Shown piece by piece: positions 30,501-40,899 of a stretch of 64,000 nt of DNA; position 1 is the first letter of the stretch, and each line of letters begins with the position of its first letter. Source of the DNA: the human T2T-CHM13v2.0 reference genome, Homo sapiens; assembly GCF_009914755.1 (NCBI RefSeq), contig NC_060938.1; one strand, written 5' to 3'. A model generated the notes under the pieces. That model searched no databases and was not told the origin of the DNA. It saw nothing but the letters and a program-made list of their open reading frames with translations. The position numbers and the translations under genes were made by a program.

Positions 30501-30600
30501 GTATGTGAGGAGATAAACGCATTTGGTGGTGTTCTCTGTCCTTTGGAATTGGAAGTTGAGGAAGTGTGGCTCTTGCTGCTGTTTTTGCCATTGTTGTTTC
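27600..30600 (-). mobile_element. Very old L1ME/HAL1-like fragments with an embedded L2 3' end (about 29200-29340)
   Basis: T-rich degenerate LINE motifs; L2 end tttattcatccactaagtagttgctgtgtgc...cctgctcttacgtagtttac. Confidence 0.45.
27993..28054. repeat. 31-bp tandem duplication
   Basis: tttgaaattatttatttatttggg(ca/tg)ttaat twice. Confidence 0.85.
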
Positions 30601-30706
30601 ATCACTTATAAATAATGGGTGGTATTTAGTATTTGTGTCCTAAAAATCCTCTTTATAAATAGTGTAACTGCTAAAATGATATCTCAGGCTATGAATTAGA
30701 GTCAAT

Positions 30707-30779
30707 GGAGGGGAAAGGAAAGGGAAGGGAAAGGGAAAGGGAAAGAAAAAGGAAAAGGGACAGGGAAGGGAAGGAAAAA
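30707..30779. repeat. (GGAAA/GGGAA)n purine repeat
   Basis: Direct reading. Confidence 0.85.
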
Positions 30780-31889
30780 TTTATCACTGATCAATTATTG
30801 GTAAGATAATGGACTAAGTATTTTTACTTAATATGAATAACTCACGTGTTATATCATATATAATTGACATCAGCTAATATTTCTAAAGGGCACTTCCAAA
30901 ATTTGACACCTTACTGATGTACCATGTGGGTCACTTAAAATTTCAAGTTGCATCACATCCTATAATTATTTGTGTATTTGCCTTCATTTATCTTTAATTG
31001 GAGGATTTTAAATGGCAGGACTTATGTTTGGTTGATATTGTTGTTTCTTAAAATACTGATCACAGATGAAACCAAAAGAAATTATTGGCAAATGTCCTTA
31101 AGTTAAAGCTAATTACTGCAATGATATATTATTTTAGTTTATAATTCTGGACTCTACTTCCTCAAGTATAACTAAACTAAAATTGGTAAAAGTGAGAAAT
31201 TTGTATTAACATATAGGTTATCATTTTAGATAATGAATTCTAACTTTTTAATATATTTTCTAATAATTGTATGATTATATTAAATAATTAAGCAAAAATA
31301 TATAACAAATTTTATGTAACAAGTACATTATTAGACAGTAGAGATATAGGCAAAAAACTCATTACTACTTTATTTAATATGAATTCAGCTGTACTCTATA
31401 TAAATATGAGATACAAACTAAAGTCTATAATTCCTAACAAATGAAATAATATGTTTTAAAAAAATTAAATGCAGCATACACGGCAAATCAGAGGAAAATA
31501 TATACAATAAAAAAGTAAGTCTAAATTCTGTGTCTCCTAACTCATAAAAGATTACCCTGGAGAAAAAAAAAACACTGCAGTTCAAGGAAAATATAAACAT
31601 CACTAGTATTGTCTAAGTGCTTTATAGGAAGAGGCAAATTTGTCTTTTTAAAAAATACTAGCTCTAGAGAGCAGGGCCATCAAGAAAAATATGTAATGTT
31701 TAAGGACTACTTCACTTATGAGTCAGATAAAAAGACTGGATATACATATAAATTATTTGTACTTTTCAACAATCCTATGGCAAAATTAATGGGACACTCT
31801 TTTGTTTATATATAATGACAATATCACACTATATCTAACAATATCAGAGTTTATATATGTACATATTACATAATATACATGTGAAAATA

Positions 31890-32110
31890 TTGGTAAAGGA
31901 GTAGAAAAAAACTGATTTTGAAGCCTGGTATAATTTAAACTTAGTTTCTCGTACTTAGCACTAAATGATGTGTAAATATACACAAAAATATTCAACCACT
32001 CCATATCTGCATATAAAAAATGGAACAACAATCCTCCCTTAAAAACTGTTATGAGGATTAAGTATATGTATGTTTGTAAAGCACTTAGATTCTGTGTATC
32101 CAACTAATGA
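31890..32110 (+). mobile_element. MIR SINE relic
   Basis: Core-like tataaaaaatggaacaac...gttatgaggattaag...tgtaaagcacttag. Confidence 0.65.
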
Positions 32111-32914
32111 TAGGGATTCAATTAATGTCAATTAAAATCTTGCATATTTTAAAATATTATTCTTAATCTTTCATTTTGAAATTAGTATTCGAGAGTAATG
32201 TAGAACTTTTAGTCATCATGCCTACCTACAAGGAAACAAACTGCATATATCTTAGACAAAAGTCCTTGATCTTATACTTTAAGTGTTCTTTTCCAGTGCC
32301 ATTGACAGATAAGTTACTCTAGAGTAAAGATTTTCAGTGCTCCATCAGTGTTCTTCCATTTTTCTAGTTTTCTCCTATGCCTGTTTACTTCTCTACAAGA
32401 AGGATCCTTGAGGAGCTTGAATCTCGCAGCCTGTGCTCATTATCCCAGATGTTGGGGCACTGAAGCACCACACAGAGTGTGTTGGAGATGGTAAATAACT
32501 TTTTTCTCACCCTGCCAGTTTTGAGTGATTGGTAGTAACTGCATAAATTGCTCTTCTGAGAATGAAAGAATGCCTTAAAAACTGCAGGAGAAAAGCAGCA
32601 TGTTTCACCGGGTGGGAGGGACGAGTCTCATCTTACTTGCCAGTTCCTTGACATCCCAAGTGGGTCTTAAGGTTGAGGTACACCTGCCAAGGGGTGTTCA
32701 CAAGGAACTGGGAGGGACCTCAGTGAAGAAGCAGAAAGGGGAATGGACTCGAAATTCCCAGAATCTGGAAATTGAGGATGTCTTATGGTGGAGAAATTAG
32801 ATGAGAAGAAACAGGGTTAAGGTGGAAATTTTTTGCAACTGATTTAATGCGTCTTTCTGTCCCTTTTGAGTCATCTTTCAGCAGTATTAAAATGGCAACA
32901 GTCAGCCTTAATAT

Positions 32915-33373
32915 TGTCAGAGAAAACCAGAGCTGGACAAAAGTTAAAGCAGTAAATATGGATTTTACTTAGGGACTATTGCAATAGTGGAAAAGAAACC
33001 TAAGTATAGATGTGGGCTCAAGTCAGAATACAGCAAAGACAAATGGGGATTTATAGCCGAGGAACAGGTTGTCAGGGATGGGAATTGGGAGATGGAAAAT
33101 TACTAAGAGAAAACATCAGAGGCAGGGAGGATTCTGGCTAAACTGATTTGACAGGATTCTTGCTGAAGGCAGGCCAGGGTGATCTAATACTAAGGGTAGG
33201 AGATAAGGAATTCCATCAGGTATGAGGGTAAGGGATTCTTCCTAAAGTGATTTAGCAGGATTCTTACTGAAACTAGGCAATGCAAAGAGGAACACAAAAC
33301 CCAAAGGTGGAGTCCTAGTTGAGAAAAGAGTTTAGAGGAGTTGGAAAAATGTTTTGTCAAGGAAAGTCTGTCA
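32915..33373 (-). mobile_element. MER31-family ERV1 solo LTR
   Basis: Reverse complement starts TGACAGACTTTCCTTGACAAAAC...CTCCTCTAAACTCTTTTCTCAACTAGG; TG...CA ends; ~460 bp. Confidence 0.75.
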
Positions 33374-34138
33374 CCATAGAATAATTTAGTAGGCTAGGAT
33401 AAAATTTTCTTAGCCCAGAGTTTTGTGGTCTTTAAATTTTACATGCAAACTGAAAACCCTTCCTTCCAGTTAAGTAAATTTTAGGCTAAAATCATAGTAA
33501 AGATGACATTCATAGGCAGGATTTTTTTTTCCTTTTCTGTAGCTTTAGGCTCCAAAAATATCACTTACTCAGAGTTTAAATTGTTTAATAGAAGGTAGGA
33601 AGTGGGAAGAATATATCTAAGAAGGTTGAAGAATTACTTGACAATGAGATTGTGGCAGAAAACAGAAATGAAAGGGAATTGTATATTACTGAAGACAAAT
33701 TGTAAGACCTTTTATTCGGCATAATCCTTTTCTGCTTATGTTCTTCTGTAAATGGAAAATAAATTTAAGAGTCTCTTGTGTCCTATATAATAATGCAAGT
33801 TGCCTTAGTGTTGGTATCAAGTCAAAGTGAAGCTCTTGACCTATACCTCCCAAAACAAACAAACAAAATAGAGTACTATAAAGATATTAGTGGTTTTCAA
33901 GTATGTAATTATTTATGTGTAAAAATCAGATAAGTTAATAAATCATAGCAGGTATGAATTATCCCCAGAACAAATAATATATTTCAGTATTTGTCATTAA
34001 GATTCTTTTGATAGCCAATGGATGTGCAGTTTTTAAGTTTTATGTACATTCTTTTCCAAAACTACATACCGTACCTACAGTAATTGGTTTTAAAAAGCTA
34101 ATTCAACTCATTGAGCAGTGCATTTATGTGCATATAGC

Positions 34139-34431
34139 TTTTTTTTTTCTTTTTGAGACAGGGTCACACTCTGTCACCCAGGTTAGAAGGCAGTGGTATG
34201 ATCATACCTCGCTGCCGCCTCAAACTCCTGGGCTCAAACAATCCTTCAGTCTCAGCCTCCTGAGTAGCTAGGACTACAAGTGCACCCCTTTGTGCCAGGA
34301 TAGTTTTTTTTTTTAATTTTGTTGAGGTGGGTCCTCACTTTGTTGCCCATGCTAATTTTGAACTCAAGCAATTTTCCTGCCTGGGTCTCTCAAAATGATG
34401 GGATTACAGGGATGAGCCACCATACCTAGCC
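34139..34431 (-). mobile_element. AluJ-type Alu
   Basis: gagacagggtcacactctgtcaccc...ctcaaactcctgggctcaaacaatcc; diverged. Confidence 0.88.
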
Positions 34432-34520
34432 CAAATACACTTTTAGTTATGTTGTTGTTTTAGAACATTTTTGTCATTATATGCTTATAACAGTAACTAG
34501 AACATAGTGAGTTCTCAAAA

Positions 34521-35556
34521 TGTAACTCCCTACTGGATTCTTCTTGCCTGTTGCCCAGATAGAGCTGATTTATCAAGACAGAGGAAATGCAATGGAGAAA
34601 GAGCTTTACACAGGTAGAGCCAGCTAAACAGAAAGCCAGAGTTTTTTTCATTTGTTTGTTTGTTTTGAGACAGAGTCTCACTCTGTCACCCAGGCTGGAG
34701 TGCAGTGGCACGATCTAGGCTCACTGCAACCTCTGCCTCCCAGGTTCAGGTGATTCTTGTGTCTCAGCCTTCTGAGTAGTTGGGATTACAGGTGCATGCC
34801 ACCACACCTGGCTAATTTTTGTATTTTTGGTAGAGGCGGGGTTTCACCATGTTGGCTAGGCTGCTCTCGAACTCCTGACCTCAAGTGATCCGCCCAAAGC
34901 CTCTGAAAGTGCTGGGGTTGCAGTCGTGAGCCACCGTGCCTGGCCCAGAGTTTTATTACTACTCAAATCAGCCTCCCTGAAAATTTGGAGACTAGAGTTT
35001 TTCAAAGAGTTTGGCAGAGAGGGAGATGCCTAGTGAATGAGTATTGATGATTGGTTGGGGATGCAATCATAGGGGTGTAGAAAATGGTCCTAGTGTACCA
35101 AGTTCACTTCTGGGTAGGGCCCACAGGACAAGTTGGCAGATCTGGGTGGAGCCATTTGGTCATCAGAAATGCAAAAGCCTGAAAAGACATCTCAAAGGCT
35201 AATCTTAATTTCTACAATAGTGATATTACCTGCAGGAGTAACTGGGGAAGTTGCAAATCTTGTGACCTCCGGAATAATGACTGGTAATCATTTATGTCTA
35301 CATCTTGGCAGAATTCAGCCTCCTCTCATCCTCCTAACCTGGTGGTCTTTCATTAGTTTTACAAAGGTGGTTCAGTTTTGGAGAAGGACTATTATCATTT
35401 AAACTATAAACTAAATTTATCCTAAAGTTAGCTTGACCCAAGCCCTGGAAAGACTAAGAGAATTTTAGAGGTTAAAGGCAAGATGGAGGTTGGTTAGATC
35501 AGATCTCTTTCACTGTCACAATTTTCTCAGTTATAATTTTGGCAAAGGCAGTTTCA
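34521..35556 (-). mobile_element. LTR8-family ERV1 solo LTR, interrupted by AluS
   Basis: Reverse complement starts TGAAACTGCCTTTGCCAAAATTATAACTGAGAAAATTGTGACAGTGAAAGAGATCTGATCTAACC; ends GTTACA; 4-bp flanks aaaa/aaaa. Confidence 0.88.
34646..34945 (-). mobile_element. AluS (Sz/Sx-like)
   Basis: Full dimer, tcaagtgatcc; TSD cagagtttt (34637-34645, 34946-34954). Confidence 0.93.
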
Positions 35557-36176
35557 AAAACATATTTGTTAAATGAATAAATAATTGATTTATTCTCTTA
35601 TTTTCTTTTCTACTTTTTAATTGCCTTATAATGTTTTGAATGGAAACTGATATTACCTCTAATACCAATAAACCTCCAGAATAGAAATGTGCATTTCCTT
35701 TTTTTTGAAATGTCAGCTCATTAATTCTAGAAATTATTGTTATATTAGCTATTAATTGTAAATATCTTTAGGCCATTAGTGATGGTAATGGTTTTACTGC
35801 AGAAGGAATGAGAATGAAAAATCAATGTGAATCAAAAAGCAGATGGAGGATAACATTACTAAAATTAGCTACAGAAGAAAAGTAATAAATAGCATCTGTA
35901 TTTTCAATTTAAATAAAAATTTGATTACAGCAAAATTATGTGGCTTCTTTGCTTTTGAAGCAAAGGTTTGGATGTCAGCAAATGTCTGAACATTTTTATC
36001 AGAAAAAATATTGGCCAGACTGGTTATTATGAAAGTGAAAAATATCAGGAATATTAGATTTTTATTTTTATATATTATAGAATAAAATATAGAAGAACAA
36101 GTATATCAATTATGCAGATTTGGATAATTGGAAGTTCTCACAAAACTCCTCAGGGCATACTTACATAAGTTTTATT

Positions 36177-36177
<1 letters not shown>

Positions 36178-36207
<30 letters not shown>

Positions 36208-36525
36208 TTATTATTATACTTTAAGTTTTAGGGTAAATGTGCACGTTAGTTACATATGTATACATGTGCCATGTTGGTGTGCTGCACCCACTAACTCGTC
36301 ATCTAGCATTAGGTATATCTCCCAATGCTATCCCTCCACCCCCCCCACCCCACAGCAGTACCCAGAGTGTGATGTTCCCCTTCCTGTGTCCATGTGTTCT
36401 CATTGTTCAATTCCCACCTATGAGTGAGAATATAATGATGAGTTCATGTCCTTTGTAGGGACATGGATGAAATTGGAAATCATCATTCTCAGTAAACTAT
36501 CGCAAGAACAAAAAACCAAACACCG
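36178..36525 (-). mobile_element. L1PA2/3-type short insertion with 5' inversion (twin priming)
   Basis: 36178-36434 is the L1 3' end on minus with (TTTA)n tail; 36435-36525 is the adjacent upstream L1 sequence on plus; TSD ataagttttattt (36165-36177, 36527-36539). Confidence 0.93.
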
Positions 36526-36749
36526 TATAAGTTTTATTTAAGTAGAGGATACGTTAGAACAGGAAGATGAAAGTGAAAACAAACGTAGGAGCTGAGTGAC
36601 TTCCTGGTGCAACTCCTCAGAGTGGTTTTCTTTTTGGTTGTTGCACAGCATACCTTTTTCATCATATCATGAATCATTAGGGTATGTATGAGGAATCTTG
36701 GTCACACGACTGAGGCATAAGTTTTCAGTGGACTCTGCCCACTGGTCTT

Positions 36750-36894
36750 GCAGACAGACCTACAGATCTGCAGTTGCAAATTTCCCCCACAAAAGACAAA
36801 CTTGCAGTGCCAGTTCTGTTTGCTAGCCCCTGGCAGCCATCTCCAAATATGTCAAAGAAATATATTTTGGTGTAAAATATTTTTATTCCTTTCA
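36750..36894 (-). mobile_element. MER39/MER34-like LTR 5' fragment
   Basis: Reverse complement TGAAAGGAATAAAAATATTTTACACCAAAATATATTTCTTTGACATATTTGGAGATGGCTGCC. Confidence 0.7.
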
Positions 36895-36895
36895 C

Positions 36896-38770
36896 TAGCT
36901 CATCTTGGCCTTACTTTGACTGAGGGTCAGGATTAGACGTTCAGGAGTCTGAGAAATAAGCCTAATGATACTTCAATTAAACTGTAAGATAATCTTTAAC
37001 ATTAACCTTGCTAAATTAGATAGCTACATATCTAGATCATTCTAGGCAACTTAGGATTGACTGCCTTCATTGTGCTCAGCATTCAGGGAATACAGACATA
37101 TGAGCTATCTGTCCAGCCAAAGGCTTTATTGCTTTCTTAGGGAAAAGGGCTAAAAAACATAAAGTGAAAAATGTACTAGATGGATAGTCAATTGCTATTT
37201 TATTGTACTTTACCATTAGAGAAAAGGAAGTTTTGTTTGCTAGAGTAAGCAGAATGATATTCCTAGAAGTGATAGCACTTAAGATAGATCTTGAGTAACT
37301 AAAAGCTTTGCTGTGATTACGTGTGATAATACTAAGTATTCTGAGTACTTCTAAATAATAAACCAGGGCCAAAGCCACATCCTTTATACTGGGAAAATGA
37401 GCCCAGATGTTGGTGATGATGAAATTGGAACACGGTATGATTGAAGTTTGGCTATGGATTAGGACTGGGGATTCATTTCAAATAAACTGAATTCTGGGGA
37501 TAATTCAGCTAAGCAGATACCCTCCACACACAAACAGGAAGTACACCTGCCTGCTTACCGTACACAGACAGATCTGAAGAAGCACACTGATCTCACTGAT
37601 GAAGACGTCTCATCAGCTTACTGCTGGCCTGGACAGCTCCTTTTTTATGGAGACTAAACCTTTAACAGTCAAAATTGCAGCAGCCTGGGAATCTAGAGCC
37701 TTTCTGAAGCCCTACCCCTAAACTACTAAACTAAATGGCCTAAGTCTGAACGCCTATGTGCTACTCTAGAGAAGTAACTACACTACTACCTTTTACTACT
37801 TACCTAGCACCTTCCAGAAAAGACTAACTTGCATGGCTGTTGAAGGAATTCATACCATCTAACGAGTCAAAAAATTAATATAAGAAGTAAAGAAATAAGA
37901 TACATTCTGTAAGAAGGATGTGTAATGCAAACATCCAGAATAATTTGCTGGTATTTTTAGGTATAATCCAGAAGTTAAAGGATGTCTATAGACTTGATTT
38001 TCTACCTATTGAAGAAATATGAACTGGTTAGAATTGCCAGTTAGTTTAAAAGTAAAACTTTTTTTTTAGCTCAACATAATATGATCGTTTTGTATCCATT
38101 GAATAGGGGACACATTAAAGTATAGAAATCACTTGTTAAAACCTGTTAGCCAAAACTACAACTGCAGATGATATGTTATCAGAATGACAGCATCTATATT
38201 TATGTGTAATACACTTTTAATAAAGTAAACAATAGTTCTAGAATTATCTTAGCCATTTGAGGAATATGGAAAACATCTGATGAAAAGCTATTTCATACAC
38301 ATCTACTGAATCTATACCATGATCTAGGCACTGAAATCTGAGTAAATGAGATTTGAATGCTCTTTGCAAGAAGATCCTGAGCACTATGTGTGAAAGTTTG
38401 AAAGTTAGAAAGCACAGACCACCCTGTCTGCTGGGAGGGACAATGAGAATATTTTTGGTGTATTTTTAAATTAATGTATACTAATAGGAACAGCATGTGA
38501 TGAAAAGAAAGTATAGGTAGCAGTAGATTAATAAGAATTTTCCTTGTTACATAGATTTGAATGAAGATAGAAATTACCATGAGCCCCCACCCCTTTTATT
38601 TTTAATAATTGGCCTCCTGTACTGGGTAATTTGGGAAGTTAGATATTGGAAATGTAAAAAATAATTTTGAGGCTGACGCCATCGAAGTGAATAATTTTCA
38701 CGATGTTTATCTCCAGGACTCCTTGTAGTCTAGTCCTGACCCTCAGTCAAAGTAAGACCAAGATGAGCTA
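36896..38770. repeat. Long-spacer inverted repeat (43-bp arms at 36896-36938 and 38728-38770)
   Basis: tagctcatcttgg(c/t)cttactttgactgagggtcagga(t/c)tagac, 41/43 identical; weaker match extends to ~54 bp. Confidence 0.92.
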
Positions 38771-38807
38771 TTTGGTGATTTAAAATGTGCTGTTTAAAGT
38801 TTGATAC

Positions 38808-38890
38808 CTTAATATCCTACAGTGCAAATATGTAGACAAGCTAACCCCCAGGATTAGCTTGTCTACATATTTGCACTGTAGGATGTTAAG
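38808..38890. repeat. Near-perfect palindrome/hairpin (37-bp arms, 9-nt loop)
   Basis: cttaatatcctacagtgcaaatatgtagacaagctaa-cccccagga-ttagcttgtctacatatttgcactgtaggatgttaag; one mismatch. Confidence 0.95.
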
Positions 38891-38951
38891 ACAATGCCTG
38901 TGTCTTGAGCCTGTATAATTATATGTTATATGTTAAGAAGCATAAAGAAAG

Positions 38952-39419
38952 TGGAGGGAGGGAGGACGAAGAGGAAGTAGAGGGAAGGAAGGAAGGAAGG
39001 AAGGAAGGAAGGAAGGAAGGAAGGAAGGAAGGAATTGAGGGAGGGAGGGAGAGAGGAAGGACCTATGAGATTACTTCTGGAAATAGTATACCCAATTGTG
39101 GCCAGACAAGGAAGGAAGGGAGGGAGGAAGGAAGGAAGGGAGGGATGAAGGAAGGAAGGAAGGAAGGAAGGGAAAGAAGGAAGGAAGGAAAGGAAGAAAG
39201 GAAGGAAGGAAGGAAGGAAGGAAGAATCGAGGGAGGGAGGGAGGACCTATAAGATTAGTTCTGGAAAAAGTATACCCAATTGTGGCCAGACAAGGAAGGA
39301 AGGGAGGAAGGAAGGGAGGGATGAAGGAAGGAAGGAAGGAAGGAAGGAAGGAAGGAACGAAGGAAGGAAGGGACCTATGAAATTAGTTTCAGAAATAGTG
39401 TACCCAATTGTGGCCAGAC
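38952..39419. repeat. Composite tandem array: three (GGAA)n blocks each followed by a 49-bp conserved unit
   Basis: ggacctat...tacccaattgtggccagac at 39059-39107, 39243-39291, 39371-39419. Confidence 0.93.
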
Positions 39420-40119
39420 CTATTAATCCTGACTAAAGCAGATGTAAAAACACTAAAACAAGATAAATCAAAATAAGTAAAACTCCTTCTAACATTTCAA
39501 TAATGAATTAGATGTGTGTCATTTAACATAATTCACTATTAGGATAAGCTAAAGGTAAGATAACTTTCAGGCTTTGAGTGTCAATTGATTGCTTATTAGG
39601 TCAGGAAGAAATCCACTCCAGCTCCTAATCACGACCCTGCATTGTGCATTTGATTATAATATTGTCCCAAAGTATAGGTTTCTAGGCACTTTACTTGATC
39701 AGTTATTCATTCTAAAACACAAAGTCCTCTATTCATCTGGCACTATAAGTACCATCAGCTTTAGCAGAAATATGCCTGCTGTTGAACTTTAGTTATGTGA
39801 AGCAGGAGGACATTTCCTATCCTCAGACTGTTCTTCCTTTGTAGTACAAAGTGCCATATGGCTATAGTTATCTGGATTTTTTAGTCTAACGAAGCACAAT
39901 TATTCTGTTTTAGAAAGTAGTGTTTTAAGTGGCTAATTCAACTAGGTAATGCCCATTAGTAGGAAAGTGATTAAACAAATTATGAAATAGTCATGAAGTG
40001 AATATAAAATGGAATAAAAATGAGTCTAGTGTGTTTTCATGAAAAGTGACTATAACAATTTGTTTTAAAAAGCAGTTTAAAATAACATAATTGATTATTT
40101 GTATTATATCTAAAATAGT

Positions 40120-40275
40120 AGTCAGGCACCTTACTAAACTCTTTTATTTTTTTTAATTCTTAATGCAACACTGAAATATTGAGAGGGTGGCAAAAAATGA
40201 TACAGGTATAGCAACCCAATCATTACATTTCTCCAAGTGACAGAGCTAGGATGTGACCTGAAAAAGTCTAATTTT
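40120..40275 (-). mobile_element. MIR relic
   Basis: aagtgacagagctaggatgtgacctg...agtcta. Confidence 0.5.
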
Positions 40276-40899
40276 ATAAAACTCTTCAAAATTTTAATTA
40301 AAATATATAAGTCAAGTAAGGATGTTAAGAGTGTTTATTAATTATTAACAATATTACCTCTGGATGGTAGCATTATGTTTTATATTTACCTTTGTCTAAT
40401 ATTTTAAATATATGTTTATGTATTTTTGTATCATATTTACATATTTTTATATTTAATATTTATTCTTTTTTAAATTATGGCAAACAAAGAAAGATATTTA
40501 AATATAAATCAACAAAGTGATAGCATATAGATTTATAGGAGATATACATACACACATTTATGATTTATTTAGTGTAAAAATACTATCTAAAAATACGGTA
40601 CACTCCTGATTTGAGTCCTTTCCAGATAAGAGGTAATGAATACAAGAGGAATGAAAGGTAAGTATGTCAGACAATTACTGACAATCTGTTTATTTAGCAT
40701 CTAAGGGAAGCCAAGTTTACCAAAACTATGACCAGAAAGTGTGGATAGCAGAATAAGTCACTTCAAATCTATACTAATGTGAAACTCAGCTTTCAAATAA
40801 TATGAAATTTCTCTTTAATAATAAAAATTAACATTATAATTAGTGTTTTTAAAGCTGTGAATTCACTGAGTTGATTGAGATTTATGACATAATTGTAGA

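Noticed and set aside
37596-37616. Hammerhead ribozyme core (CTGATGA inside a 21-nt near-palindrome)
   Set aside because: No GAAA after stem II on either strand and no stems I/III.
36950-38716. Autonomous DNA transposon between the inverted repeats
   Set aside because: No transposase-like reading frame; ORFs 37076-37378 and 38293-38580 look random.
38905-39380. ORFs rich in E/G/R/K
   Set aside because: Translation of the GGAA microsatellite.
39059-39419. CRISPR-like repeat-spacer pattern
   Set aside because: Primate DNA, spacers are related GGAA microsatellite, no cas genes; it is a composite VNTR.
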